From: Candidatus Latescibacterota bacterium | GTDB taxonomy: Bacteria; Latescibacterota; UBA2968 | Direction: 5' to 3' | Length of the DNA: 64,000 nt | NCBI GenBank assembly: GCA_965205975.1 | Contig: OZ242195.1 | Coordinates: forward strand, 2,208,001-2,272,000 | Part shown: piece after piece, positions 29,903 through 39,013 of the stretch | Numbering within the stretch: the stretch's first letter is position 1 | Layout of the letters: each line of letters begins with the position of its first letter | Made by a program: the position numbers and the translations under genes | The notes under the pieces: model-generated | The model's input: the letters and a program-made list of their open reading frames with translations, nothing else | Database searches by the model: none | What the model was told of the DNA's origin: nothing

Positions 29903-31426
29903 TCACTCTGGCGGCCAAACCGTTTCCTTTGTATATGCCTCTTTCAAATCGCGCCAATAGCGCCTACCCTTGTGAACCAGATTTGTCGGCGCAAACCGCT
30001 TGTTCAAACCCTTCTCGTGACTCGACCGCCCCGTATCGGTCCGATATTGCAACGTGAACCGCATCAATTGTGCGAGCAAATCAAAACGCACATCTGCATA
30101 CGCTGGATCGGCCCAAACATTTTCGATCTCACCCGGATCATTGCGGTGATCGTACAACTCTCCCTCCTCCAATCCCCCGTAAAACACCAGCCGAAAATCG
30201 CGCGTGCGAATCGCCGACACCTTGCCCCCGGGATTGCCCCAATCCCACTCGCAAAACGCCGCGTCTTTTCCATCTGCCCTGCCATTCACAATGGGAATCA
30301 AATCGCGCCCATCGCGCCCATCGGGAATGGGAATATCGCAGAGACGGCACAGCGTGGGATACCAATCGACCGATTCTACAATCTCATCACACCTCACGCC
30401 CGACGGACCACCCGGATAGCGCAACACAAAAGGAATGCGGTGAATCGAATCATAAATCCCAAAATTCTTGTGAAACAACCCGTGATCACCCGCAAAATCC
30501 CCGTGATCCGCGCAATACAACACCACGGTATTCTCCAACTCCCCTACCTCATCCAGATAATCCAGCACCCGCCCAATCTCGGAGTCAATCGCCGTAATCA
30601 GCGCGTAATAACTCGCCAAACAGCGCTTCAAGCGATCGGGATTTGGATCGGCCAGAGGATACCCACACTCATCGGCCAAACGCTCTTGCATAAACTCGGG
30701 CTTGCCGGCAAAGCGACGCTCAAAATAATCAATCGCACTATCGGGCAACACCATCTCATCCGGATTGTACATATCAAAATGCTCTGCCGCAGGCGCAATC
30801 GGCGCATGGGGCCTTTGAAAACTCATGTGCAAAAAAAACGGCCGCTCATCGTCTCGCTCCTTCAAAAACGCCAGCGACTCATTGCCCGTATAATGCTCAA
30901 TCGAATGCTGGTATGGCAATTTGGCTGGCGCACTGCCATCCATCGTATATTCCTGCCCGGGTCTGGCCGAGCCTTCTTCGTAAAAATCCGACAACCCCAG
31001 ATCTTCCAGATACTTAAAATAATGCGTCTCGGTCGGATCCAAATGCGTCGCATCGCACAAATCCGTATATCGGATGCGCTCAAAACCATCTTCATCCCAG
31101 CGCCGAACCATGTGCGCCTTGCCGATCACAGCCGTTTGATACCCATATCTCCGAAACTGACACGCCAGCGTATTGGGATTCGCCTCGGGAATCTCCGAAT
31201 GATCATTGCCAAACATCCGATGTGTGTGGCAATACTGCCCGGTCATAAAACAGATCCGCGACGGCGAACAAATTGGGTTATTGCAAAAAGCGCGTGTAAA
31301 CACCACGCCCTCATCCGCAATGCGGTCCATATTGGGAGTCTTGACATTTGGATGCGCGGCAAATCCCGTGCAATTGGCATTGTGCTGATCCGACATCAGC
31401 CACAAAACATTGGGTCTTCGCGCCAT
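29903..31426 (-). CDS. Cys-type sulfatase
   Basis: PNVLWLMSDQH, CSPSR, GKAH, ADHGD, ELYD...DPGE. Confidence 0.92.
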   Translation of the reverse strand: MARRPNVLWLMSDQHNANCTGFAAHPNVKTPNMDRIADEGVVFTRAFCNNPICSPSRICFMTGQYCHTHRMFGNDHSEIPEANPNTLACQFRRYGYQTAVIGKAHMVRRWDEDGFERIRYTDLCDATHLDPTETHYFKYLEDLGLSDFYEEGSARPGQEYTMDGSAPAKLPYQHSIEHYTGNESLAFLKERDDERPFFLHMSFQRPHAPIAPAAEHFDMYNPDEMVLPDSAIDYFERRFAGKPEFMQERLADECGYPLADPNPDRLKRCLASYYALITAIDSEIGRVLDYLDEVGELENTVVLYCADHGDFAGDHGLFHKNFGIYDSIHRIPFVLRYPGGPSGVRCDEIVESVDWYPTLCRLCDIPIPDGRDGRDLIPIVNGRADGKDAAFCEWDWGNPGGKVSAIRTRDFRLVFYGGLEEGELYDHRNDPGEIENVWADPAYADVRFDLLAQLMRFTLQYRTDTGRSSHEKGLNKRFAPTNLVHKGRRYWRDLKEAYTKETVWPPE

Positions 31427-31530
31427 AAATTTCTCCTTTCCAAGTGTATGTGTTTGCAGACTATGAGATAAAGCATTAAATTGTTCCGGTTAGATGAAAA
31501 TGAATCGATCTCTTGCATAGGAAAAACACC

Positions 31531-32880
31531 ATGTTTTTTGACAACATCGCGCTCGGCGTACCCAAAATTTTGCTCCCAAACCCGGAAATCGATTGCAGCA
31601 AATGGGCAGTCATCGCTTGTGACCAGTATGTACACGACATATCGTATTGGGAAGAAGTTAAAAGCATTGTGGGAGACACGCCTTCAACCCTGGACCTCAT
31701 CTATCCCGAAGTCTATCTCTACGACGACGAACACGAAGAACGCATTGCCCGCGTACACAACAACATGAAACGCTTTGTCACCAATGGCATTTTCCGCGAC
31801 GAAACCGAAGGCTTTTTGCTCGTCGATCGCATTTTGCCCTCGGGAAAATCGCGCAAAGGACTTGTCGTAACCCTCGACCTCGAACATTACGACAGCCGCA
31901 GCCAGTCCAAAACCCTCATCCGCACAACCGAGGGCACCTATCCCAAAAACCTCGAAGCGCGTTTTGAAGTTCGAGGCAACGCCTCCCTCGAATCCCCGCA
32001 TATTTTAGTACTCATCGACGACCCCAAAAAAGAAATTATCGAACCTCTCTTTGACGAAGGCCATCCCAAGATCGTCGATTTCGAACTCATGATGAATGGG
32101 GGACACCTCAAATATCACTTAATCGACAATAAAAAAGACATCGCGCGTATTGCCCAAAAACTCGCCAAACGCATTGAACCCAATTACATCCATCAAAAGT
32201 ACGGCGTCGGAAACGAAACACTCCTCTACGCCATGGGGGATGGCAACCACTCATTTGCCGCCGCGCAAAAAGCATGGAAAAAAATCAAATCAACACTCAA
32301 TGATACACAACGCACAACACGACATCCGGCCAGACACGCCATGGTCGAATTGATCAACCTGCACGACGACGCGATAGATATAGAGCCAATCCACAGATTG
32401 ATCACCCGCATTGATCCAAAGACCACATGCAACACCCTCGTCGCACTGCTCAACACATCGGGCACCCGGGCGCATCTGGAAAAAGTCTCATCGCCCGACG
32501 CGCAACATCAGCGCACCGCAGCCCTATCATCTGCATCCACCCATTGCCTCCCCTATCGCGCCGCGGGAGACCTGGGCATACTCGTAATTGAAAACCCATC
32601 CCAAAGAACCATACCCGAAACAATGGAAGCCGCGCTCGACCTGTTCACGCGAGAAAACACCGAAGCCGAAGTCGGATTTATCCACGGCGAAGACGTGATT
32701 GACGACCTCGGCAACAAACCCGACGCCCTCGGCTTTTACATGCCACCCATTTCAAAGGACAGTGTCTTCGAATCTATCGTTCGTTACGGCGCCTATCCCC
32801 GAAAATCCATATCCATCGGCCACGCCGACGAAAAGCGTTACTATATGGAATGCCGAAGCCTTATCCCTGCTAAACGATAA
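31531..32880 (+). CDS. DUF1015 family protein
   Basis: KWAVIACDQY, PSTL.LIYPE, LIR.TEGT, LYAMGDGNH, PRKS.S.G.A.EKRYY.E. Confidence 0.85.
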   Translation: MFFDNIALGVPKILLPNPEIDCSKWAVIACDQYVHDISYWEEVKSIVGDTPSTLDLIYPEVYLYDDEHEERIARVHNNMKRFVTNGIFRDETEGFLLVDRILPSGKSRKGLVVTLDLEHYDSRSQSKTLIRTTEGTYPKNLEARFEVRGNASLESPHILVLIDDPKKEIIEPLFDEGHPKIVDFELMMNGGHLKYHLIDNKKDIARIAQKLAKRIEPNYIHQKYGVGNETLLYAMGDGNHSFAAAQKAWKKIKSTLNDTQRTTRHPARHAMVELINLHDDAIDIEPIHRLITRIDPKTTCNTLVALLNTSGTRAHLEKVSSPDAQHQRTAALSSASTHCLPYRAAGDLGILVIENPSQRTIPETMEAALDLFTRENTEAEVGFIHGEDVIDDLGNKPDALGFYMPPISKDSVFESIVRYGAYPRKSISIGHADEKRYYMECRSLIPAKR

Positions 32881-32920
32881 TATATGATGATTTCAATTGC
32901 AATTCAGATATAGGAGATAT

Positions 32921-34162
32921 ATGACTGAGATATACGACATGATCATTGTTGGCGCGGGACCAGCAGGCGCGACAGCGGCGTTATACGCCCATCGCGCGGG
33001 ACTCAATGTCTGTCTGGTGGATAAGGCGCGATTTCCGCGAGATAAAATCTGTGGTGATGCGCTATCGGGCAAAGTCGTGTCGATTTTACACGAACTCGAC
33101 TTATTCGATCAGATCGCGCGATTGCCTGGCGCGACCATTCGAGAAGTCGTATTTGGCAGCCCGAATCACGTGGATGCGCGTGTGGATTTGCGGCGGTATG
33201 ACCACCGGGATCAGGCCACGGGCAAAATACTGCCGATGGAAGGGTTTGTGATCCGGCGCGAGATACTGGATAATTTTCTCTTTGAAGAAGCCCAAAAAAT
33301 TGTACGCACCTGTTATGAGGGATTTGCCGTTAAAGACCTGATACTGGAAAACGAGCAAATTGTGGGCGTGCGCGGCGTGGTGGATGGCCGGGAACGCGAA
33401 ATACATGGCCGCGTCGTGCTCGGCTGCGATGGTTTTAATTCAATGGTCGCACGCAAAGCGGGATTGTACGCCCATGATGCCGTCCATTGGGTCGTAGCGA
33501 TTCGCTGTTATTACGAAAATGTGGCGGGTCTGGGGGATCAAATCGAGTTACATTTTGTGGATGAAGTCTTGCCTGGCTATTTCTGGATTTTCCCGCTGGA
33601 AAATGGGACGGCAAATGTGGGCATTGGCATGCGTCACGATGTATTGAAAAAGCGGCGTGTGGATTTAAAAGTAGCACTAAACGAAGTAATCAACCGCTCG
33701 CCTTATGCCCATCGGTTCAAAAATGCGCGTCCAACAGAAGACCCGGTGGGATGGAATCTGCCAGTGGGAAGTACTCGTCGAAAAAGTTATGGAAATGGCG
33801 TATTGCTTTTGGGCGATGCCGCGGGATTGATCGACCCCTTTACGGGCGAGGGAATTGGCAATGCACTGTATTCCGCGCGTTTCGCCGTAGATGCCGTGCA
33901 AGAAGCCATTGCAGCAGACAATTATTCAGCAGCTTTTCTAAGGCATTACGAAGACCGATTATGGGATGCAATAGGCGATGAATTGGCGACCAGCACGCGA
34001 ATGCAAAAATTGGGACAATGGCGTCCCCTCCTCAATTTTACCATCCACAAAGCCGCACACAACGACAAAGTGCGCGATCTAATCTGTGGCATGATGGCCA
34101 ATGCCGTCCCCAAAAAACAACTCACCAATCCCCTGTTTTATTTGAAACTGCTGTTTAGTTGA
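32921..34162 (+). CDS. geranylgeranyl reductase family FAD-dependent oxidoreductase
   Basis: IVGAGPAG, FPRDKICGD, PGYFWIFP, NVGIG, GDAAGLIDPFTGEGI. Confidence 0.9.
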   Translation: MTEIYDMIIVGAGPAGATAALYAHRAGLNVCLVDKARFPRDKICGDALSGKVVSILHELDLFDQIARLPGATIREVVFGSPNHVDARVDLRRYDHRDQATGKILPMEGFVIRREILDNFLFEEAQKIVRTCYEGFAVKDLILENEQIVGVRGVVDGREREIHGRVVLGCDGFNSMVARKAGLYAHDAVHWVVAIRCYYENVAGLGDQIELHFVDEVLPGYFWIFPLENGTANVGIGMRHDVLKKRRVDLKVALNEVINRSPYAHRFKNARPTEDPVGWNLPVGSTRRKSYGNGVLLLGDAAGLIDPFTGEGIGNALYSARFAVDAVQEAIAADNYSAAFLRHYEDRLWDAIGDELATSTRMQKLGQWRPLLNFTIHKAAHNDKVRDLICGMMANAVPKKQLTNPLFYLKLLFS

Positions 34163-34183
34163 ACCATTTGTATTCTCAGGTAA

Positions 34184-34365
34184 CGTCATGTGTGACTTCA
34201 AGATCAGTGGCCAATTAGCCCTGTCATTCTGAGCGGAGCGCAGCGGAGTCGAAGAATCTGCTGCCTCAACGGCGTTTATGGGTAACAGATGCTTCGTCAG
34301 CCTATCGGCTTCCTCAGCATGACATGGTGTAGTAGCACATTTACTTTTAAAGTCACACATCGCGT
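34184..34365. mobile_element. MITE-like nested palindromic element with 11-bp flanking direct repeats
   Basis: Terminal IRs ATGTGTGACTT (34188-34198) and AAGTCACACAT (34350-34360); inner TGTCATTCTGAG...CTCAGCATGACA; TTCTCAGGTAA at 34173-34183 and 34366-34376. Confidence 0.6.
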
Positions 34366-34385
34366 TTCTCAGGTAATGAAAAACC

Positions 34386-35900
34386 ATGAAACGAATTTTA
34401 ATATGCTGGATCGGCAACACAGACTTGCTAGCCTCTGAAGGGGAAGATGTAGGTGTGGGACCTATCGCTCAGGCACTGGACAAGCGCGAATTTGACGAGG
34501 TCTTTTTCATCTCAGATTATGAAGATACCCGCGTAAAGCCTTACATCAACTGGATAAAAAAAAGAGTCCCAACACCACACAAACTATTTTATCGACAACT
34601 TTCAAGCCCCACCCACTTTGGAGAAATTTACGAGATTGCCGCAAGCGTCTGTCAGGAAGCCCTAAACCAATATGGTGATCAAACAGAACTGACCTTCCAC
34701 CTCAGCCCCGGCACGCCAGCAATGGCCGCGGTATGGATCATCTTGTCGAAAACGCGCTTTCCCGCTGAATTGATTGAATCCTCAAGAGCGCACGGCGTTC
34801 AAACCACCTCTGTTCCCTTCGATATTTCTGCAGAATTTTTGCCGACCCTCCTGCAAAAGCCCGATGCAGAACTCCGCTCATTAAACGAAGAAAAGCCCAC
34901 AGAATCAGCGAACTTTGGAGACATAATATACAGAAGCCCAGTCATAGCTCGCGTGGTCAAAAAAGCGCGACGTGCTGCCGTGCGAGATATTCCCGTCTTA
35001 TTCGAAGGGGAATCTGGCACGGGAAAAGAACTCTTTGCACGCGCCATTCACCAGAACAGTCCGCGAAAAGAGGGACCATTTATCGCCGTAAATTGCGGTG
35101 CAATTCCCCCCAATCTCGTGGAATCTGAACTGTTTGGGCACAAGGGAGGTGTGTTCACAGGTGCCCCTGATGATCGCAAAGGCCACTTTGAAGAGGCAAA
35201 TAAAGGCACCATCTTTTTGGATGAAATTGGCGAATTGCCCAAAGATATACAGGTAACAATATTGCGCGTCTTACAAGAAGGAGAGGTCGTGCGACTCGGT
35301 GAATCCAAACCCAGAAAAGTAGATGTACGCATTGTTGCGGCGACAAACCGGAATCTCATTGAGGAAGTTGGTGAAGGACGGTTCCGCGAGGACCTGTTCT
35401 ATCGGCTTGTAGTAGCCTATCTCAAATTGCCCCCACTGCGCGAACGCGAGGGAGATATGGGGCTGTTGATTGACCATTCGCTCGAATTGATTAACCAGGA
35501 GAATGAAACGCAACCCGGCTACAAACATAAAAAAATTTCCGCTGGCGCAAGAAATCTTATCTTCAATTACCATTGGCCCGGCAATATACGCGAGTTACAA
35601 AACACGCTCAGACGCGCAATGGTGTGGACAGATGGAGAAACTCTTACACGACAGGACATTGAAGAAGCCCTCTTACCTCCGTTTGGAAAACGAGATGACG
35701 GTATCCTGAATCGCCCTCTGGATGCGAATTTCAGCTTGCCCGATCTGATTGATGAAGTTGCAAAACACTATCTTAATCGCGCTTTACAAGAATCAAAAAC
35801 AAAAAAAGAAGCCGCCGAACTCGTTGGCCTACCCAGTTACCAGACCCTCGCCAACTGGGCAAAAAAATACGGCGTAGCAATTGAAAAAAAAAGAAAATAG
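34386..35900 (+). CDS. sigma-54-dependent activator with RtcR-like (CARF-type) N-terminal domain
   Basis: N-terminal WIG.TDL...GP and FHLSPGTP motifs; GESGTGKE; NCGA; SELFGH.GGVFTGA; FLDEIGE; FREDLFYRL; WPGNIREL; C-terminal HTH. Confidence 0.85.
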   Translation: MKRILICWIGNTDLLASEGEDVGVGPIAQALDKREFDEVFFISDYEDTRVKPYINWIKKRVPTPHKLFYRQLSSPTHFGEIYEIAASVCQEALNQYGDQTELTFHLSPGTPAMAAVWIILSKTRFPAELIESSRAHGVQTTSVPFDISAEFLPTLLQKPDAELRSLNEEKPTESANFGDIIYRSPVIARVVKKARRAAVRDIPVLFEGESGTGKELFARAIHQNSPRKEGPFIAVNCGAIPPNLVESELFGHKGGVFTGAPDDRKGHFEEANKGTIFLDEIGELPKDIQVTILRVLQEGEVVRLGESKPRKVDVRIVAATNRNLIEEVGEGRFREDLFYRLVVAYLKLPPLREREGDMGLLIDHSLELINQENETQPGYKHKKISAGARNLIFNYHWPGNIRELQNTLRRAMVWTDGETLTRQDIEEALLPPFGKRDDGILNRPLDANFSLPDLIDEVAKHYLNRALQESKTKKEAAELVGLPSYQTLANWAKKYGVAIEKKRK

Positions 35901-35936
35901 AAAAATTTTTAAAAAAATATCCAATTTTAGCGTGTA

Positions 35937-35953
35937 TTGGCACGAAATATGCA
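35937..35953 (+). promoter_or_regulatory. sigma-54 (-24/-12) promoter
   Basis: TTGGCACGAAATATGCA: GG at 35939-40, exactly 10 nt, then GC at 35951-52; just downstream of the activator stop. Confidence 0.8.
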
Positions 35954-36042
35954 TGAACAATGGGCGTGACAGCGACGCGGACTCCCGTCACCTGAAAGAA
36001 TTTCTTGACAAAACTGATGTGTTAGCGAAAAAATCAGTATGC

Positions 36043-36141
36043 TGACCCATTCCAAATCGTAGAAAGTTGGATATTCCCAAAATTTGTCAACCTCAAGTGT
36101 TTCAGACAAGCCTGAACGTTTTTTTCACCTTGTGAGAAATT
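36043..36141 (+). repeat. conserved cassette leader, copy 1
   Basis: TGACCCATTCC...TTGGATATTCC...TTTGTCAACCTCAAG...GACAA.CCTGAAC...TTGTGAGAAAT immediately before the ATG. Confidence 0.9.
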
Positions 36142-37860
36142 ATGGCTATTACATCTATCACCATTGAGAACTTCAAGGGCATTGGCGATGCCGTGACCAT
36201 TCCCATTCGCCCCGTCACCTTGTTGTTTGGTAAAAACAACTCGGGCAAGTCAACAGTGTTGCAGGCATTGCGTTATTTACGCAAAATTTACGAATGCGAA
36301 TATCTAAAATTTGAAGAAAAGTTAGAGGCATTACAAGATCAAGAAAGAGGCGAATCAAAATTGGAGGCCCACTACTCTCTACTCACTTTGTTGCAGGAGT
36401 TACCCAATCTTCGTACCCACCTCAGTACTCGTAATTTTCGCGAAATTCAAAAAATTATATCGCAAGAGATATTAAATCTTGATCTATCCAACTTTGACTC
36501 CCTACGCGACAAAGCTCTAAAATCCATGCAAGAAGAATTCTACTCAACATACGTTGAGCTTGCCTCAGAAGACGATTTTCTTAACGAAGATTCCGATTAT
36601 GGGGAATATGGAGAAATCAATCCAGATCACTTTACTGCGTTGGGGAATTTTTCATCCCTTGTGCATCGCCATGAGTTAGATCGGAAAATTCGAATTCGTC
36701 TTGAATTTGACATAAAACCCGAACAATTGACAAGTTCGAATAGTATTTTGCATCGTGCTATAAGGCCGGAGGAAGTGACGAATCCAAAGTCCGCGTGGAT
36801 AGAAATGATAACAGGTTGGGACGAAAAACAAGGGATTATTTATCTCGATTCATACAAGTACGCTTTGAACGGCGTAGAATGGATTTGTCTTACACCAATG
36901 GATAGACCATTACCTGATAAAGACAGATGGAATTATGAAAGGCGGTTTACAGACCTAAACATATATTCAAATCCTAATCATCCGTTCACAGTCACCCAGG
37001 CAATTGAGTTTGGTCTGAGTCAAAGTGAATTTCTGAAAGATTTCTCTTGGCTTCTCGGCACTGATAGTAGTGAGGGTAAAAAATTGGGTTTGAGCGAAAG
37101 TAATAAAAAAAAGATACGATCTTGGTTGGAGGCACATGAGAGCGAAGATATCGTAAAGAATATAGTTGAAGAATTACATCGCATTTTGGGAGAATTATGT
37201 GATATACAACATTTAGGACCTGTGCGAGATATTCCACGTCGGGATTATGCCCCATACTCATATGAAGAATTGCGATGGGCAACAGGACTACAGGCATGGG
37301 ATGTACTGGTAGGAAAACCTCAATTGGTCAAAAAGATAAACCAATATATGAAAAATTTAGCTCTTGGATATAGCTTCAAGCTATCTGAAGACCGCAAACA
37401 GAGGATGCAACTTTATGATGAGACCCATAAAATATACCTTCATCCCTTAGATATCGGTTTTGGTATCTCTCAAGTTATTCCAGTCGTGGTCGGTGCGTTA
37501 GATGACACATCTCAGATTTTCGCGGTTGAACAACCAGAGCTTCACGTTCACCCTGCCGTTCAAGTGGCTTTAGGCGATGTGTTCATTGATGGCATACAAA
37601 ACAGCAATCGCACTATCCTCATTGAAACGCATTCAGAGCACTTGCTACTGAGGATTATGAGGCGGATGCGTGAGACTTTTGAAGATAGGATTGAAGAAAA
37701 TCGTTTCCCTATAACCCCCGATGATATTGCCGTGCTATTCGTCGAATGGCATGATTCGCAAACAATCATACGAGAAATGCCTGTTAATGAACGCGGAGAA
37801 TTGGTAAAAGCCTGGCCGGGCGGTTTCTTTGAAGAAGATATAGAAGAGGTATTTGCTTAA
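36142..37860 (+). CDS. ABC/AAA_21-type ATPase with DUF3696-like C-terminus, copy 1
   Basis: ENFKG, Walker A GKNNSGKS, signature-like DIGFGISQ, Walker B/D-loop AVEQPELHVHP, IETHSEH, WPGGFFEE. Confidence 0.88.
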   Translation: MAITSITIENFKGIGDAVTIPIRPVTLLFGKNNSGKSTVLQALRYLRKIYECEYLKFEEKLEALQDQERGESKLEAHYSLLTLLQELPNLRTHLSTRNFREIQKIISQEILNLDLSNFDSLRDKALKSMQEEFYSTYVELASEDDFLNEDSDYGEYGEINPDHFTALGNFSSLVHRHELDRKIRIRLEFDIKPEQLTSSNSILHRAIRPEEVTNPKSAWIEMITGWDEKQGIIYLDSYKYALNGVEWICLTPMDRPLPDKDRWNYERRFTDLNIYSNPNHPFTVTQAIEFGLSQSEFLKDFSWLLGTDSSEGKKLGLSESNKKKIRSWLEAHESEDIVKNIVEELHRILGELCDIQHLGPVRDIPRRDYAPYSYEELRWATGLQAWDVLVGKPQLVKKINQYMKNLALGYSFKLSEDRKQRMQLYDETHKIYLHPLDIGFGISQVIPVVVGALDDTSQIFAVEQPELHVHPAVQVALGDVFIDGIQNSNRTILIETHSEHLLLRIMRRMRETFEDRIEENRFPITPDDIAVLFVEWHDSQTIIREMPVNERGELVKAWPGGFFEEDIEEVFA

Positions 37861-38813
37861 TGGCTTTATTTTCTGAGTATGCTGTAACACCTGATGTATT
37901 CAATGAGAGTTGTTATGATTCTCCGGCATTGTGTGACGTACATTTTAAACAATTGCTGGAAGTTTTTTTGAGTGAAGGGCTCGTTCGAAATCTTCGCAAT
38001 GGCGAATGGCAAGCGTTCTTTTCAACCCATGCAAGACCCTGGCACGGCCGTACAAAGCATATTTTGAAAAATTTGATAGATGCTGGTCGTTTGGTACCAA
38101 GTGACCCAGCATCAAGTCACACTCCTCAGACTGATCGTGGATGGTGCAACGAGGCGTTAGAGTCACATAAAACCATACCTTTGAATGGCATTATAGTAAG
38201 CGATGACATTCAAAGGACCTATCGCAGAAATCAGTTGGTTGAAAGTGTGAGCAGACTATCGCAATCTACCTGCGCGTGGTGGGAACCCACAAATAGTTCG
38301 CTTCGATTAGAACGTACTATCAGTCAGTATATAGACGCTCTTAAACTGATTCTCAAACACGCTAAATCCATTATGTTTATCGACCCCAATATCGATCCGG
38401 CAAAGAACAACTATGCTGATTTTGTACAATTACTTGAAGCAGCAGGTAATAGACCATCACAATCACCCCAGCCACTCGTTGAGATACACCGCAAAAGTCT
38501 TCGCGGCTCTGGGAAAAATGCTCCTGTATGGGATCAACAAGATATGGAGAATACATTTCGAACCGAATTTGGCCCAGTTCTTTCGCAGTCAAACTTAAAA
38601 GCAGAAGTCTTTATATGGGATGATTTTCATGATCGTTATCTGATCAGCAATTTAGGGGGAATACTGGTCCCCTATGGATTTGACACGTCAAGCAAGCCTG
38701 ATGACTTAACTACCTGGTCACGACTTGGACGATCAGATCGAGATGATGTACAGCGCGAATTTGCTCGCGAGAGTAATAAACACAAACTGCAGTTTAATTT
38801 TACTATACCGTGA
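37860..38813 (+). CDS. ATPase partner with PLD-like motifs (putative nuclease effector), copy 1
   Basis: TAATG coupling; YAVTPD, IMFIDP, FHDRYLISN.GG...GFD. Confidence 0.65.
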   Translation: MALFSEYAVTPDVFNESCYDSPALCDVHFKQLLEVFLSEGLVRNLRNGEWQAFFSTHARPWHGRTKHILKNLIDAGRLVPSDPASSHTPQTDRGWCNEALESHKTIPLNGIIVSDDIQRTYRRNQLVESVSRLSQSTCAWWEPTNSSLRLERTISQYIDALKLILKHAKSIMFIDPNIDPAKNNYADFVQLLEAAGNRPSQSPQPLVEIHRKSLRGSGKNAPVWDQQDMENTFRTEFGPVLSQSNLKAEVFIWDDFHDRYLISNLGGILVPYGFDTSSKPDDLTTWSRLGRSDRDDVQREFARESNKHKLQFNFTIP

Positions 38814-38914
38814 AATAGATACCTGACCGAACAATGGCTTGAAGGCGTCCGGGACCAATTGTATTTTTTATTTCACTACTCCCCGACTTTATAGGGTAAC
38901 ATTGATTGGTTTGT

Positions 38915-39013
38915 TGACCCATTCCTAATCGGAGAGAGTTGGATATTCCAAAAGTTTGTCAACCTCAAGCGTTTCGGACAAACCTGAACATTTTTTTCAG
39001 CTTGTGAGAAATC
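38915..39013 (+). repeat. conserved cassette leader, copy 2
   Basis: 99-nt ungapped homolog of 36043-36141. Confidence 0.9.

Noticed and set aside
29972..31471. 499-aa plus-strand ORF
   Set aside because: Antisense shadow of a clear sulfatase; no recognisable motifs.
36005..36042. TTGACA as a sigma70 promoter for cassette 1
   Set aside because: No convincing -10 box at 16-18 nt spacing.
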